A DNA stretch of 63,397 nt, filler included, from Octopus bimaculoides (lineage: Eukaryota): the NCBI RefSeq assembly GCF_001194135.2. It is 7 parts of 7 records of this genome, joined end to end, with 100 filler letters (N's around TTAATTAATTAA, not from the genome) between each part and the next. Parts side by side here need not be neighbours in the genome. Positions count along the whole stretch, not along the records: positions 28,698 to 45,307 come from NC_068983.1; positions 45,408 to 49,492 come from NC_068996.1; positions 49,593 to 58,163 come from NC_068981.1; 4 more parts are not named here. The stretch is one strand, 5' to 3'. Position numbers and translations under genes: made by a program. Position 1 is the stretch's first letter; each line of letters opens with the position of its first letter. The notes under the pieces are model-generated. The model saw only the letters and a program-made list of their open reading frames with translations. It was not told the DNA's origin and ran no database searches. Shown in pieces: positions 38,760 through 51,629 of the stretch.

Positions 38760-39772
38760 GTAAGCGAAAATCCAAACAGTGAATGCTTCAGAAGGTATAA
38801 GTTATTGCTTACATGCAGTGTGGCGGCTGTATTCATAGCTGTTAATCAGGATTGGGTTTTCGAACTAGATGAACGTTGGTAAATACCAAGAAGCAAATGA
38901 TTTGCAATGCATTAACAATTTTTGAAATGCCCATCGCGCACATACACTCTTCATATATTCATGTTTTTTTTTGACAGTTTAAATGGATGCCATCTTGATA
39001 TAATAAATCAGGGGGTAATAGAAATGTGACACAGTAAATCATTGTCTCAATAACAATGATTTTGCTGCAGTGATTCCGCCAAAGAGCTATGAGAACTGAT
39101 TGATGAAACTAGCAAAAACCAGAGTCTAAATATGTTTAATACTGACTCACATCTTAGAGACACCTTTGCCATTGCCTTCTTTCTTGACGCTAAATTCGAC
39201 GAAAGATTTCATTCAATTTGATTATGCCAAACTTGCAGCACGCTATGAGAATGAAATAGTGACGTCTTTAATTGCTAACTTCAATTCTAACAACAAAAAG
39301 TGTGAGAATGTTTTTTCTGTAGCAGAAAAATATCATTGTTTTTTTTTTTCATTATCACTGCAGGATTTATGAATTCAATAAATATAACATGATCTCACAC
39401 CAGTGAGATCCTGGAAGAGTCTTCAGTAATTTTTGTAGAAGATTTAAACGATCACTGCAATTATATCCTCTACTCGGTTCCGAATGGTATTAACACTTCA
39501 CTGAACCTCAGCAAACTTAACGGCATTGGAACTGGAAGGATACTATTGCTAAACTAGTTTTCTTTTCACCAGATGACACTGATTTATCATTCACACTAAA
39601 AGGATTGAAATTTTCAGTAAGACCTGCATATGATATCTATATAAAGAGTTGCAAGCATAAATATAAGAGAAATATGCTTTCGATGTCCAGCGTTCACACA
39701 CGAAGACTTACTGGCAGAATACAATTGGGGATAAAATGTTAAGGTGTCTGCAGAGTCAGCAGTAGTGCTAGT
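38760..39772 (+). mobile_element. Helitron PIF1-like helicase C-terminal remnant
   Basis: FSPDDTDLSFTLKGLKFSVRPAYDIYIKS (~39560-39650) aligns with the Helitron/PIF1 SPxDxxLPFxLKRxQFPVRxAFAMTINKS motif; AFTH follows; possible CTAG 3' end at 39768-39771. Confidence 0.65.
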
Positions 39773-41207
39773 AAGACACATCATAATGTTGATGCACTAA
39801 CTTCGATTAGAAACTGTTTACGGCGAAGTTGTGACACTAATTGTTCACAAAATGTGAAAAAGAAAAAAAAAATGAAAAAAAAAACTTTTATAACAACAAT
39901 TTTGCTTCACACGAAAAGGATTACTAATTAAGCGAGGAAGTCAACATATACTAAATTAATTCATCCAATTAAAAAGTGAGTAACACAACATTATTTATCC
40001 TGACTATAGAGATAAAATCAATAATTATCTAATTCTTTCGAAGAAGGTTTGCATTTAATTGGACAGCTTTTGTATTAAATTACGTATTTAAAATGATTTA
40101 AAAAATTAGTTTTGTCATTTTGGCGTCATCAAAATGTGTGATGAAATTGTTTCGAAGTATTATCAAGTAAGAAAAATGAATCTGAGTACTTCACCACACT
40201 ACCTTAAAAATAATGTAAAAACTAACAAAGAAACACTATTACAATTGTAATATTTTTGATGTTATGTTTATGCATTTGTTTTGGAAGATTCCTGATGTGA
40301 AATCGTGTGTTGAAATTGATATCGTTATATTTGGGGATGCTAAATTTTTCTTTGCTAAATAAAGACATGTATTATATATTCGTTCTCAACTCCAGCTTTT
40401 TTCTTATAAAATAAAAATATGAATAAGAATGAGGCGGAAGTGAAGAAGGATGGTACAATGTGTGTGAATATTTGGTCAATAAAGATGGCCATCCCCAAAT
40501 ATAACAATATATTATTTTTGTCAAGTGTTTTTTGTCTTTTCGTTAAATCTTTTCATCTATGTCCAATAAAAAAAATGCATACCAAAAATACTACTTCAAA
40601 TCATTGTCACCAATATTTCTGACAAAACGTAACTGGTGTGTTTCGTATAACCGTTTCTGTTGACAGCAATCATTTAATTTGGTAATGCTAATAAAAATAT
40701 TCCACGATATTTTCCTATTCCTTTTTCCTGTTCTTTCTTTTTGAGTCATGGATGTCAGATAAATCATTATCTTTCACACACTTGAATCAACTCAATTAAT
40801 GTGGTAGTCATAGAATTAACAGTGTATCTGTACATGTGTTTATACGCGCAAGGTGTTACGTACAGCAAAATAATCGATCAATTTCTACGTACAGAAAAGG
40901 ACAATAAACATATTCAAAATTTGAATTGGGTCGAGTTAAGTTCACTGGAAAACATATATTGTGAAACTGACATTCAAATCTTCATTGGTATCATTAAGAT
41001 ATAACTTCGTATGGTAGCTTTGCTTCTGATTGACAACCGTGGATTTATTGATAGAAAGATCCACAACAAGAAGTGTAAGAAATCCAAACATTACTTGTCG
41101 CAGATCTACTCTGCTTCGACGTAAGCAGTGATATAACATTAATACCAAAATATACCTGCCATTATTATATATCTACGATTTTTTGAAAGACTAATTATTA
41201 TTATTAT

Positions 41208-41420
41208 AAAGCGGCGAATTGGCAGAATCGTTATCATGCTGGACGAAATGCTTAGCGGTATTTCGTCCATCGCTACAATGTAAGTTCAAGCTCCACCGAG
41301 GTTGACTTTGCTTTTCATTCTTTCAGGGTCAATAAAATAAGTAATTATTGAGTACTGGTGTCGATGTAAACGACTATCTCCCTCCCCCAAATTTCAGGCC
41401 TTGTGCCTACAATAGAAATT
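41208..41420 (+). mobile_element. Family 1 SINE, type-A tail
   Basis: aagcggcgaattggcagaatcgttatcatgctggacgaaatgcttagcggtatttcg...aaatttcaggccttgtgcctacaatagaa. Confidence 0.87.
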
Positions 41421-41469
41421 ATCCTTGTTGTTGTTGCTATTGTTATCATTATTGTTATTTGTAGTCGTA

Positions 41470-43167
41470 GTAGTAATATGTATCATATCTTCTCCTGTGT
41501 TATCGATGTTGCGTCTCAACTCCATCCAGCAGCTTAGATACGCAATACATTTTTGCTCGTCTAAGAATTGCTCCCAACTTTACTTCCTCTGAAGTTTATT
41601 ATTTGCAGTTTTTAGTGCCTCCTTTGAGATGGACCCGACTGCACCCACAATAGTTGGCTTCACGTTTTGCTTTGAGACTCCGTGAAAGTGTTTCACTTCT
41701 AGCCCTAGGAGTTTGTGGCTTCACTGCTTTTTATCCTCCGTCTTATAGGCATCAGGTTTGCTGGCATTGCTACGTAAATGAAAATCCAATCATTGAACTC
41801 CTTCCGCATAAGTATACTGCAAGCCGACCAGAGGAGTGAAATATGATCATCTTTAAGCACTGGAGGTGGTTTGTGTTCCCATACGCTTTTATCATGTGGC
41901 AAGTCCAGGTTTTTGCAAATTTCCCAGTGAATATATTGTGCAGCTCTGTCATGCCTGTTGAGATACTCTGTAGGCGCAAGAAGACTGCACAAAGAGACAA
42001 CATTATCAATAGTTTCACTTTCTTGTTGACATACACGGCATGTTGAGAAGCTGCCGTTCTTTAATATGTTGGCCTGGTAGTTCCTTGTAGGTAGGCATTG
42101 ATATTGGGCTGCTATGGTAAACTCTTCTGTTTCACTTTTGAAACCTCAAGCCATTATCCATGGATGGCTTTGTCAAAATCAGCATTATTCGCTCCCTGAG
42201 TATTTGCCATTGAGTGGTGTTTCTTGCCATGTATCTGTAAGAATATCTAAGGCAGCAGTTTTAGCTAATTCTTCGCTTGTTTCTAGTATGTTTAATTCCA
42301 GAATTTGTTATATTTAGAATTCACTTAGATATTCCATTGTGCGTTTTGTTACAGAGTATGATGCTTTCTTGTTTTCATGTTTTCGGACAAGTTTTAACAT
42401 CCAGTCCTCAGAGTTTTGCAGGTAGGTGCCTCGAGTAATTGTGGAAATATTCATTGTTAATGCCAGTTGTAAAAGTCCACAGCCTTCCTCACTTTTCTTG
42501 GCAGATAAAGTCGTCCTATACCTGCCTTAGAGTGTTGCATTCTATGCATTGTCAACGGTTTTGGTATTTTTCTGTCCAGATAGCATATTTCAATAATTGA
42601 CCACTTAATGATATTGAAACTCTAAGCCACGAGTGGTATGGCTAAAACATTCATCGCTTCGATCCTGTTTCTTGCATTCAGCTATGTCCTAAGTATTGTT
42701 CTCACCCTGCGATAACATCGTCTTCTGCCTTTTCAAGTACCCTTAGGTATTTGTAGCTCTCCCCTGGTTCTAACTCTTTTATGACATTCTGCTGGTCAAG
42801 GTTGACGTTGGATGTTTCTGTCATTTTTCCTTTGATAAATGTACCTTTTGCACATTTATCGAGGGCAAATTGCATCCTGACGTCATCACTAAATTGGTTA
42901 ACAATCGCTAGTAAGCCCTTGAGTTGTTGTTCATGTTTTGCAAAGAGCTTTAAATCATCTTTATAAATGAGATTATTTATATTTTTATCAAACATTTTAT
43001 AACTGTACTGTGCATCATTCAGCAATTTTGAGAGAGGTATTTAGATTAGACAAAAGATGAGTGGTGATAGTAAGTCATCCTGGAAAATGCAACGTGATAC
43101 TTTTACATCTCCAGCATTTAGAGATTCATTATCACTGTTCAAAATCAGTGTGATTCTCATACTTACA
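41470..43167 (-). mobile_element. 5'-truncated R4/Dong-like non-LTR retrotransposon (RT plus REL region), decayed
   Basis: IFQDDLLSPLIFCL; LIYKDDLKLFAK; MQFALDKCAK; YKYLRVLE; LAPTEYLNRHDRAAQYIHWEICK; WEHKPPPVL; 3' end runs into (TAA/CAA)n. Confidence 0.85.
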
Positions 43168-43467
43168 GTAACGATCCCATAAAGAAATCGTTGCTTGTGA
43201 CCATGAGTTGAGCAGTGACGAGCTAGCAAGCCAGCGGAGATTGTGGCTCGTTGGTTTTTGTTGTTGTCACTTAAAGCATGCGGAATCCATGCTCCAAACT
43301 ACTGAACCCTGCCCATCAAGTGAAGATGCTTCTCTATAGCAGTGTGAGAGCATTCCATTTTCTCTGTCAGTTCGCTTGTCATTTGACGAGAATTTTCGTG
43401 CAAAAGTTGGTTTAATCGCTCTTCATCGAACCCAACTGGACGGCCAGAACAATGTGGGTCTTTGAGG
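43168..43467 (-). mobile_element. Mariner transposase fragment (HTH region to the IVT motif)
   Basis: LKDPHCSGRPVGFDEERLNQLLHENSRQMTSELTEKMECSHTAIEKHL; AWIPHALS; RFLYGIVT; the 5' part lies in the gap. Confidence 0.85.
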
Positions 43468-44167
43468 NNNNNNNNNNNNNNNNNNNNNNNNNNNNNNNNN
43501 NNNNNNNNNNNNNNNNNNNNNNNNNNNNNNNNNNNNNNNNNNNNNNNNNNNNNNNNNNNNNNNNNNNNNNNNNNNNNNNNNNNNNNNNNNNNNNNNNNNN
43601 NNNNNNNNNNNNNNNNNNNNNNNNNNNNNNNNNNNNNNNNNNNNNNNNNNNNNNNNNNNNNNNNNNNNNNNNNNNNNNNNNNNNNNNNNNNNNNNNNNNN
43701 NNNNNNNNNNNNNNNNNNNNNNNNNNNNNNNNNNNNNNNNNNNNNNNNNNNNNNNNNNNNNNNNNNNNNNNNNNNNNNNNNNNNNNNNNNNNNNNNNNNN
43801 NNNNNNNNNNNNNNNNNNNNNNNNNNNNNNNNNNNNNNNNNNNNNNNNNNNNNNNNNNNNNNNNNNNNNNNNNNNNNNNNNNNNNNNNNNNNNNNNNNNN
43901 NNNNNNNNNNNNNNNNNNNNNNNNNNNNNNNNNNNNNNNNNNNNNNNNNNNNNNNNNNNNNNNNNNNNNNNNNNNNNNNNNNNNNNNNNNNNNNNNNNNN
44001 NNNNNNNNNNNNNNNNNNNNNNNNNNNNNNNNNNNNNNNNNNNNNNNNNNNNNNNNNNNNNNNNNNNNNNNNNNNNNNNNNNNNNNNNNNNNNNNNNNNN
44101 NNNNNNNNNNNNNNNNNNNNNNNNNNNNNNNNNNNNNNNNNNNNNNNNNNNNNNNNNNNNNNNNNNA

Positions 44168-44488
44168 TTTTGTAATCGTTACCAATATAGCATAAGACTT
44201 CATCCCAAAGGATCATTGATTAGATTCCTTAAGAATCGTTCTCATTGTTTATATTTCCAAAGTTTCAAATTTGTATATTTAAAAACGATAGACACTTCCA
44301 ACACGATCGATTTCTATTCCATACGCACATAATTAGGTTTGGGTTTTCAAATACTAGGAACATAGCACAAATAATAGCAGCGCATAACCTTAAAATACTT
44401 AAGCCTAAAGAAACAGTGGGGAATGAGAATTTGAACAATGATATGAATAGCAATAATAATAAGAAGAAGAATGATAATAACAAGGATG

Positions 44489-44579
<91 letters not shown>

Positions 44580-45078
44580 TAATAATAGTAATAATAATAA
44601 TGGAGGTACTATTAATAATAGGGGTAAGGACTGTAAGAGTAAGAACATAATCACAGTAAATGAGGTAAACCCTAGGAGATTAAAATTTGAAGGACCCAAC
44701 GCGAAAGTCAAAAATATAGTATATCAATGTAAGGCAAAGACCCAAACAGGCACCGCGAAATATATTGGTTGCACATCAGGACAGGTATGTAGGAAAATTT
44801 CTAATCACTTCACGACGTTTAGAGATAGAAGGAAAATAGCAAGCACTAGACTTAGCAAATACATCTGGGAACTGAAAGAAAATAATAAGCCGTATTCGTT
44901 AGAATGGTCCATAGAAGCAAGATCAATGCCATACGAGAGAGGAAGAAAGTACTGTTCGCTCTGTACGACAGAACTCAACTGTTTACTCTTCTCTAAGGGT
45001 AAACTGATTAACAAATTAACGAATAATGCTCTGAAATGTACACACATCATAAGGAGCACTTTTCGTTGGTTTAAATAA
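44168..45078 (+). mobile_element. Penelope-like element: RT thumb plus GIY-YIG endonuclease, with in-frame (AAT)n expansion
   Basis: ORF 44245-45078: DRHF..IRFGFSNTRNIAQIIAAHNLKIL, poly-N, then NIVYQC..KYIGCT..NHFTTF..TRLSKYIWELK..WSI..CSLC..LINK..CTH. Confidence 0.85.
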
Positions 45079-45443
45079 ATTTGGGATATGAGAGGGTGTC
45101 ACAGAGAATCTAGTCATAGCAGTTAGCACATAGACAGATCACACCAAATATGTAAGAATAGGAGCAAGGGCCCTATAAAATAGGGCTTAGATGACACGGT
45201 ATAGAGTCCAATCATAGCATTAGCATAAGGGTTGCTATAGTATTTGTGTATATGTATGTACATGCGTATATGTACATGTATGTATGTGTATATATATATA
45301 TATATATNNNNNNNNNNNNNNNNNNNNNNNNNNNNNNNNNNNNNNNNNNNNTTAATTAATTAANNNNNNNNNNNNNNNNNNNNNNNNNNNNNNNNNNNNN
45401 NNNNNNNTGTGTGTGTGTGTGTACAGGTACATACACACACCTA

Positions 45444-45495
<52 letters not shown>

Positions 45496-45924
45496 AATCT
45501 GTGTTTGTGCATCCAATACTATGTTGTTTCGTGAGTTCCCAGGCATTGAGGGGGGTGTTGAACTGTTTCTTATCTACCATTGTTCGCAAGTCTTTCTCCA
45601 TCCTGGAGTTATGTCACCTGTCAAGAGTCCCTGCTATGAGTTAACTAGCATATGTGATGGCAATCAGTCTGAATGCAGGACGCAAAAGACTTGTGACAGA
45701 GCGCGCAGTAACACCGCCTGGCGTGAGGAACCCCTAGCTGTTGTCACGGAGCATGTTTCTAGGAGAGGATCACTCTAATGTAAAACCTACGGTTTCGCAT
45801 GATTCTGGACGTTACGCTTCAGCTTGTCACTACGTACTAATCACGGGAACTCAGAGGATGGTACTAGTGTTGTATAAGTGCTAATCACTATAATCTAAAG
45901 ACATACAGATGTGTCTTTATGGTG

Positions 45925-46168
45925 ACCTTATTCTTATTTCTTTATTTCCCACAAGGGGCTACACAGAGAGGGGACAAACAAGGAGAGACAAACGGATTAA
46001 GTCGATTGTATCGACCCCAGTGTGTAACTGGTACTTATTTAATCGACTCCGAACGGATGAAAGGCAAAGTCGATCTCGGCGGAATTTGAACTCAGAACGT
46101 AACGGCAGATGAAAGACCGCTAAGCATTTCGTCCGGCGTGCTAACGATTCTGCCAGCTCGCTGCCTTT
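45925..46168 (-). mobile_element. Family 1 SINE monomer with type-B tail
   Basis: Head reverse-complemented as gccagctcgctgcctt; tail ttatttcccacaaggggctacacagagagggacaaacaagg. Confidence 0.88.
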
Positions 46169-46488
46169 AGTGACCTTATTCCTCTTTCCATTTCCTGAAA
46201 GTGCTACGGCGGTGGGCAAACCTGACCTCTGGGAAACATAAAGTAAGTGACAGCTTTCGTTTGCCATCTGTGCTCCAAACCATGCAGGTTAAAAACCTGA
46301 CAAAAACTGATGATGTCATTCCATCAACGTATGGACGCTGTTTACTAACGTTCATAGTTTACGTTTGGTTTCTGAAATTTTGAATTTTCAATCACCTTTT
46401 GGTTTGAACTTGAGAAAGACAGACGTTCTGTCGAAATGTTGTTCAAAAAATAAAACATCTAAAATCGCACTCTTCGTCTTGACTAATT

Positions 46489-46548
<60 letters not shown>

Positions 46549-46599
46549 ATAATAATAATAATAATAATAATAATAAGGTAGCACCTTCTCTACCATTAC

Positions 46600-46705
46600 C
46601 ATCCTCTTCAAGTGATATTTGTAGAAATTGATGTGAGCTTGACCAGATAGCCGGCCTTCAAACTTCTCAGACGGGTCCACCGCGCAACCACATTCACCAC
46701 AGTCA
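46600..46705 (-). CDS. Candidate internal exon, unidentified (DCGECGCAVDPSEKFEGRLSGQAHINFYKYHLKRM)
   Basis: Acceptor tttttctctatttag; donor atg|gtaatg; 106 nt, open in phase 2 to 0; GC-richer unique sequence. Confidence 0.4.
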
Positions 46706-47115
46706 CTAAATAGAGAAAAATCTGCCTTCCATCTCAAATGACTGAAACATATAAAAGAGTAAAAGAAAAGATTAATATATGTATTTGTATTTTTTTTTTC
46801 CGTTTTCGCTCTGAAGTTTCGTTCATGATTAGTATTTTGATAACAGAGACGTTACGGAACGAAATATTCATGCTTATATTTGTTGAAATATTTCTGTGTG
46901 TGTGTGTGTGTTTGAAGGTCGGGGTTGATTGTTCTCATGTCAATAAATGTGAATTTTTGTTCTATTTCGTCTATATTATTACTACTTGACGAAAATATCA
47001 GGAATTGTTTCCCCATTTATTTTGCTGCAAGTTTCTTTTTTTTTTTTNNNNNNNNNNNNNNNNNNNNNNNNNNNNNNNNNNNNNNNNNNNNNNNNNNNNN
47101 NNNNNNNNNNNNNNN

Positions 47116-47233
47116 AAGAAGAAGAAGAAGAAGAAGAAGAAGAAGAAGAAGAAGAAGAAGAAGAAGAAGAAGAAAATAAGAAAGAAAGAAAGAAAGAAGA
47201 AGAAGAAGAAGAAAGAAAGAAGAAGAAGAAGAA

Positions 47234-47274
<41 letters not shown>

Positions 47275-47370
47275 AAAAAAGAAGAAGAAGAAGAAAAAGA
47301 AGAAGAAGAAGAAGAAGAAGAAGAAGAAGAAGAAGAAGAAGAAAGATTGAAGAAGAAAAAGAAGAATCGA
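47116..47370. repeat. (AAG)n/(AAAG)n microsatellite, followed by (ATCC/ATCA)n to ~47680
   Basis: Direct inspection. Confidence 0.95.
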
Positions 47371-48541
47371 AGGGGAGGAGGAAAATGAATAGTTTTCAAA
47401 TTTTCGCAAGACCGCGATCTCGGCTATATATTATTCTCTTCAACCATATTTTAATCCATCCAGCTATGAATGCACACATCCATCCGTCCATCTATCAATC
47501 AATCAATCCGTCAATCTATCCATCAATTCCTCTATTCATCCATTTACACCATTCATTAATCAATTGCAGGGAGTCGATCAATCCATCCATTTCGCTTTTA
47601 CTTCCATTCATTGTCCTTTCCGTCCGTCCGTCCATCTATCCATCCATCCATCCATCCAATTTATCCATCATTCCATCGCCACCCCATCACGCATGTCAAG
47701 AAGACACACATTAATCAAACCATTCGCAGCGCCATCTACTAACCTATACATGTCCATCCGTCTATAAACACACAAAGCTAAATTTACATCTATACACAAA
47801 TAATTATACACATGCATTATCCGTTACATCCTAGCAAACTCACATCCAATATTGAACCAATAATGTACCCTAAAGCCTCCCAAACAAGCCAGACTAGTTC
47901 GTTCTTCAAGCATGCATTATATTTGGTCGAGATAGAATCATCATTTCCTTATTTATTTCTTTATTCATTGACTTATTTATGTTTCGTGATGAAATATTTC
48001 TCGAAATAGTACATAAAGAGAGATAAGGAGAGACGGAGAGAAATGAGAGAGAGAAGGGGGAGAAAGAGAAAGAGAGAGAGAGAGAGAGGACTCTTATGCT
48101 CGTCTAAATTTAATGATTAAATCAACTTTAACGATTTAAAACTATTTGAAAATTAACAAAATGAAATTTCTTAAGATAATAAATATGGACATTGATAAAA
48201 TATGAATAATAATAATAATATTAGAAATCAGAACATCTTAGTAACAGGTTGGTTCATAGTTCGATATTACTAGGCGGTAACGTGGGCAAGAAACTTTCTT
48301 TACAATATACTCAGGAGTGTATTTTGTGAAATGAGAATTATATACACACCTAACATATTGAATATATACATACTATACACACGTATACACTGAAATATAT
48401 ATATATATAATCTCTGGATGCTGGCTTTGCTGGGTGGAGGTGCTTATCTCCCCTGTTTGGAAACACAAGGACAGTACGCTTGTGTCACATAGCCAACTGG
48501 AAACAGTGTAAGTTGGCAACCAACCATCACTTTATATATAT

Positions 48542-48583
<42 letters not shown>

Positions 48584-48746
48584 TTATATATATATATCAT
48601 ATATATAATGTATATATATGTGTGTGTATGTGTACGTATGTGTGTACATACATATACATGTATCCATATATAAATGTTTTCTATATCTGGTCACACTCTT
48701 ATGACGTCGATGTCATTGTCAACCTTTTCATTGCACACACGCACAC

Positions 48747-48789
<43 letters not shown>

Positions 48790-48799
48790 CACACGTATA

Positions 48800-48841
<42 letters not shown>

Positions 48842-50746
48842 TTATGAATTCTATTATTCATCTCGTGAAAACACCACTTTTGAACGTGCAGCGTTAAAGC
48901 ATACAGAAATATATCAGTAGCAGACACAAATCCTCTCACAGCTGTAATGACATCAGTAAATAAATTTCCTCTTATACACTCGTCTTATCTGATCCAGGAA
49001 ACAGTTTGGGAATGTTGGGAGAATTTCAATATGGCTCCCAGGTGTTCAGGCTTCTATTGGTCTGCTCAGATCGAGTAGTATTATCATTATGAAAGCGACA
49101 CCAGCTATATGTTTTTTTCGACAAGAGTTGGTCAAAATCGTACTGATTAGTAGTAGTTGTAGCAGATCGAATATCTAAAATCAAACATGAAATTATGTGA
49201 AATGTAATAGAAGTAAACAAGTGTTGACTATGGAAAGAGTACGGGTTAATTACTGAAGGTAAAAGTAAAATTAAAGACGGACAAGCGGTAATTACTGGCA
49301 TCAAAGCATGAATAAATTCGCCAATTACCTTCTAAATGCTTTCAAGGCATTAAAAATCACCTGCTCATGACTCTGTGTTCAGTCCCATTGCATGACAAAT
49401 TTGGCAAGTGCTTTCTAAATATAGCTTCTAGCCGACCAAATCCTTGTAAATGGAAACGAAAAGAAGCCCATCGTGTATAATATATATATATANNNNNNNN
49501 NNNNNNNNNNNNNNNNNNNNNNNNNNNNNNNNNNNNTTAATTAATTAANNNNNNNNNNNNNNNNNNNNNNNNNNNNNNNNNNNNNNNNNNNNGTGGGAGG
49601 GCGGGTTACCGCCAGCGAGTAGATAGGGCTCTTAATTGTAGATTTTAAATATTTGAGAGACAACAATGCATAAATCGTAATTTTTAAAAGAGCAATGAAT
49701 TCTGGGTGATTAGAATATAACGTAGCATGAATTTAGGAAGCTTAGAAAATGAATAAGCATTGATAAACAAATTTGAAAAAGAAGGAATAAAAATATATGA
49801 AAACATATTTAACAACCCCTATGATTTATTTGTTCATCTCAGCACCTGAGTTACCATGGAAGTGGAAAACTTCCAGCTTTCATGGTTGGAGATGAATAAA
49901 AATAACTAAATGAGAAGACAAGAAAAGTAGTAACAATATCACAATTATTAATAATGCTAATAAGAATATCTGAATTATGTCAAATCCTGACTAACTATTC
50001 AGTGTAAAAGAACTGGAACAAAGAACATGGCACAGTTAATGATAACAGCAGAGAGTTTACCAATATAAATTTATGCAACCGAATATTTACAAAAATATGA
50101 TTAGCAGATGTATGATAATTCCCCTACAGAAAAAATTGCCTGAAAAATATCACATGCTGTATTGAAAAAGTGTTCAAAGAATATAACTGTCTGGAAATGT
50201 ACAAACATTTTCAGTAGGCAAGTTCAAATATATTCTTCACAAATAATTATTGCTTATAAGCAAGAGTTAATACAATTCGATAGATTACAGAATAAAAAGT
50301 TAAACCTTTGGTATGAGACCATAAATATATGTCTTTTAGAATACTAACATATTTGTTAGCCTGTTCTTTCCAGTATGTGTGTTAGTTTGAAATTTGAAAT
50401 GTCAGAATCCAATTACATTCTTTTCAACTCTAATTAACATGTAGAAACAGCTGTTGTTTTTTGAGAAAAATAGGTTTGAAATGACTATTCTGAGTATACC
50501 TCAAGTAAATAATCTGATTGGCTGAAAATAACCATTAAAAAATATAATCATGTAATTTTGTCAGTTCACTGTTATGTCCAAATAATTGGGCCATATGACA
50601 AATGACATTCTGATTGATACCAAAATTAAAACTATGATAACGGAGTCATGCAACAATTAAAGAGAACAGCAAAAATTAAGGAACTGACAACAACAACCAG
50701 TATGTATCTGTATATACCCTTGTGTATAGCTGCCTACGTCTATATA

Positions 50747-50787
<41 letters not shown>

Positions 50788-51584
50788 ATGCTTAAATGAG
50801 GAAGATAGAAAAGGGTTAGAAAGTAAGGCAAACAGTATAAGAGACACACTGCAGATTCCTAAAAAAGCTGAAAAGGGATTTGGAGAAGGGATGTTCATTC
50901 TGAAGCTGTAGATACAATGATGTCTTCTATCAAGTAATGTTTTGATCAGGGAAGTCACAAGGTACATGCAAGATTAAAAACTTTGCTTCAAAAGGCAAAC
51001 AGAACATCTCATGAGAAACCAATTTTATTCAGGACAGATACACCAATGACATTGCCATTAATTCTCATCACAACTTCCAGCATTTGAAGTTTCTGTGAGA
51101 AAGACCTCTTTGTTTGGCTGACATTGTTGACCGTTTGAATGAAAGACACTGTATCTAATATCAGAGATTTGTACAATTTGGCAATTTTACTTGTAATTCC
51201 TCCAATTACTGCTGCAGCTAAATGAATATTAGCTGTAGTTTAGCAAAATGATGAAAGACATGTCTTCAGTCATGAATGACACAGGAGAATTCATTATTCG
51301 GCGATATTTTCATATCACAAAGAACAAACAAAAGAAACTGATTGCAATTGCTGTACAATTTGTTTTACTATAAAATGAGAATGGAAAAAAGAATTTTTGG
51401 CAGACTCTGATTGATTTGATAATAAATTGAGTTGAATAATAAAGTTTTATAATTATGATAGTCTTTCATTTTAAGAATGGCATTGTATAATTGATATTTT
51501 ACTAAGCATATATTACAAATTTTAATCAATACCTTCCAAACTTTCTGGTTGCAAAATGTCACCAGGTCACTATTGCAGAAAAAG

Positions 51585-51629
<45 letters not shown>

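Noticed and set aside
51020-51240. ~77-codon open frame on the minus strand (..IGGITSKIAKLYKSL..)
   Set aside because: No good splice signals, no recognisable motif, and plausibly by chance
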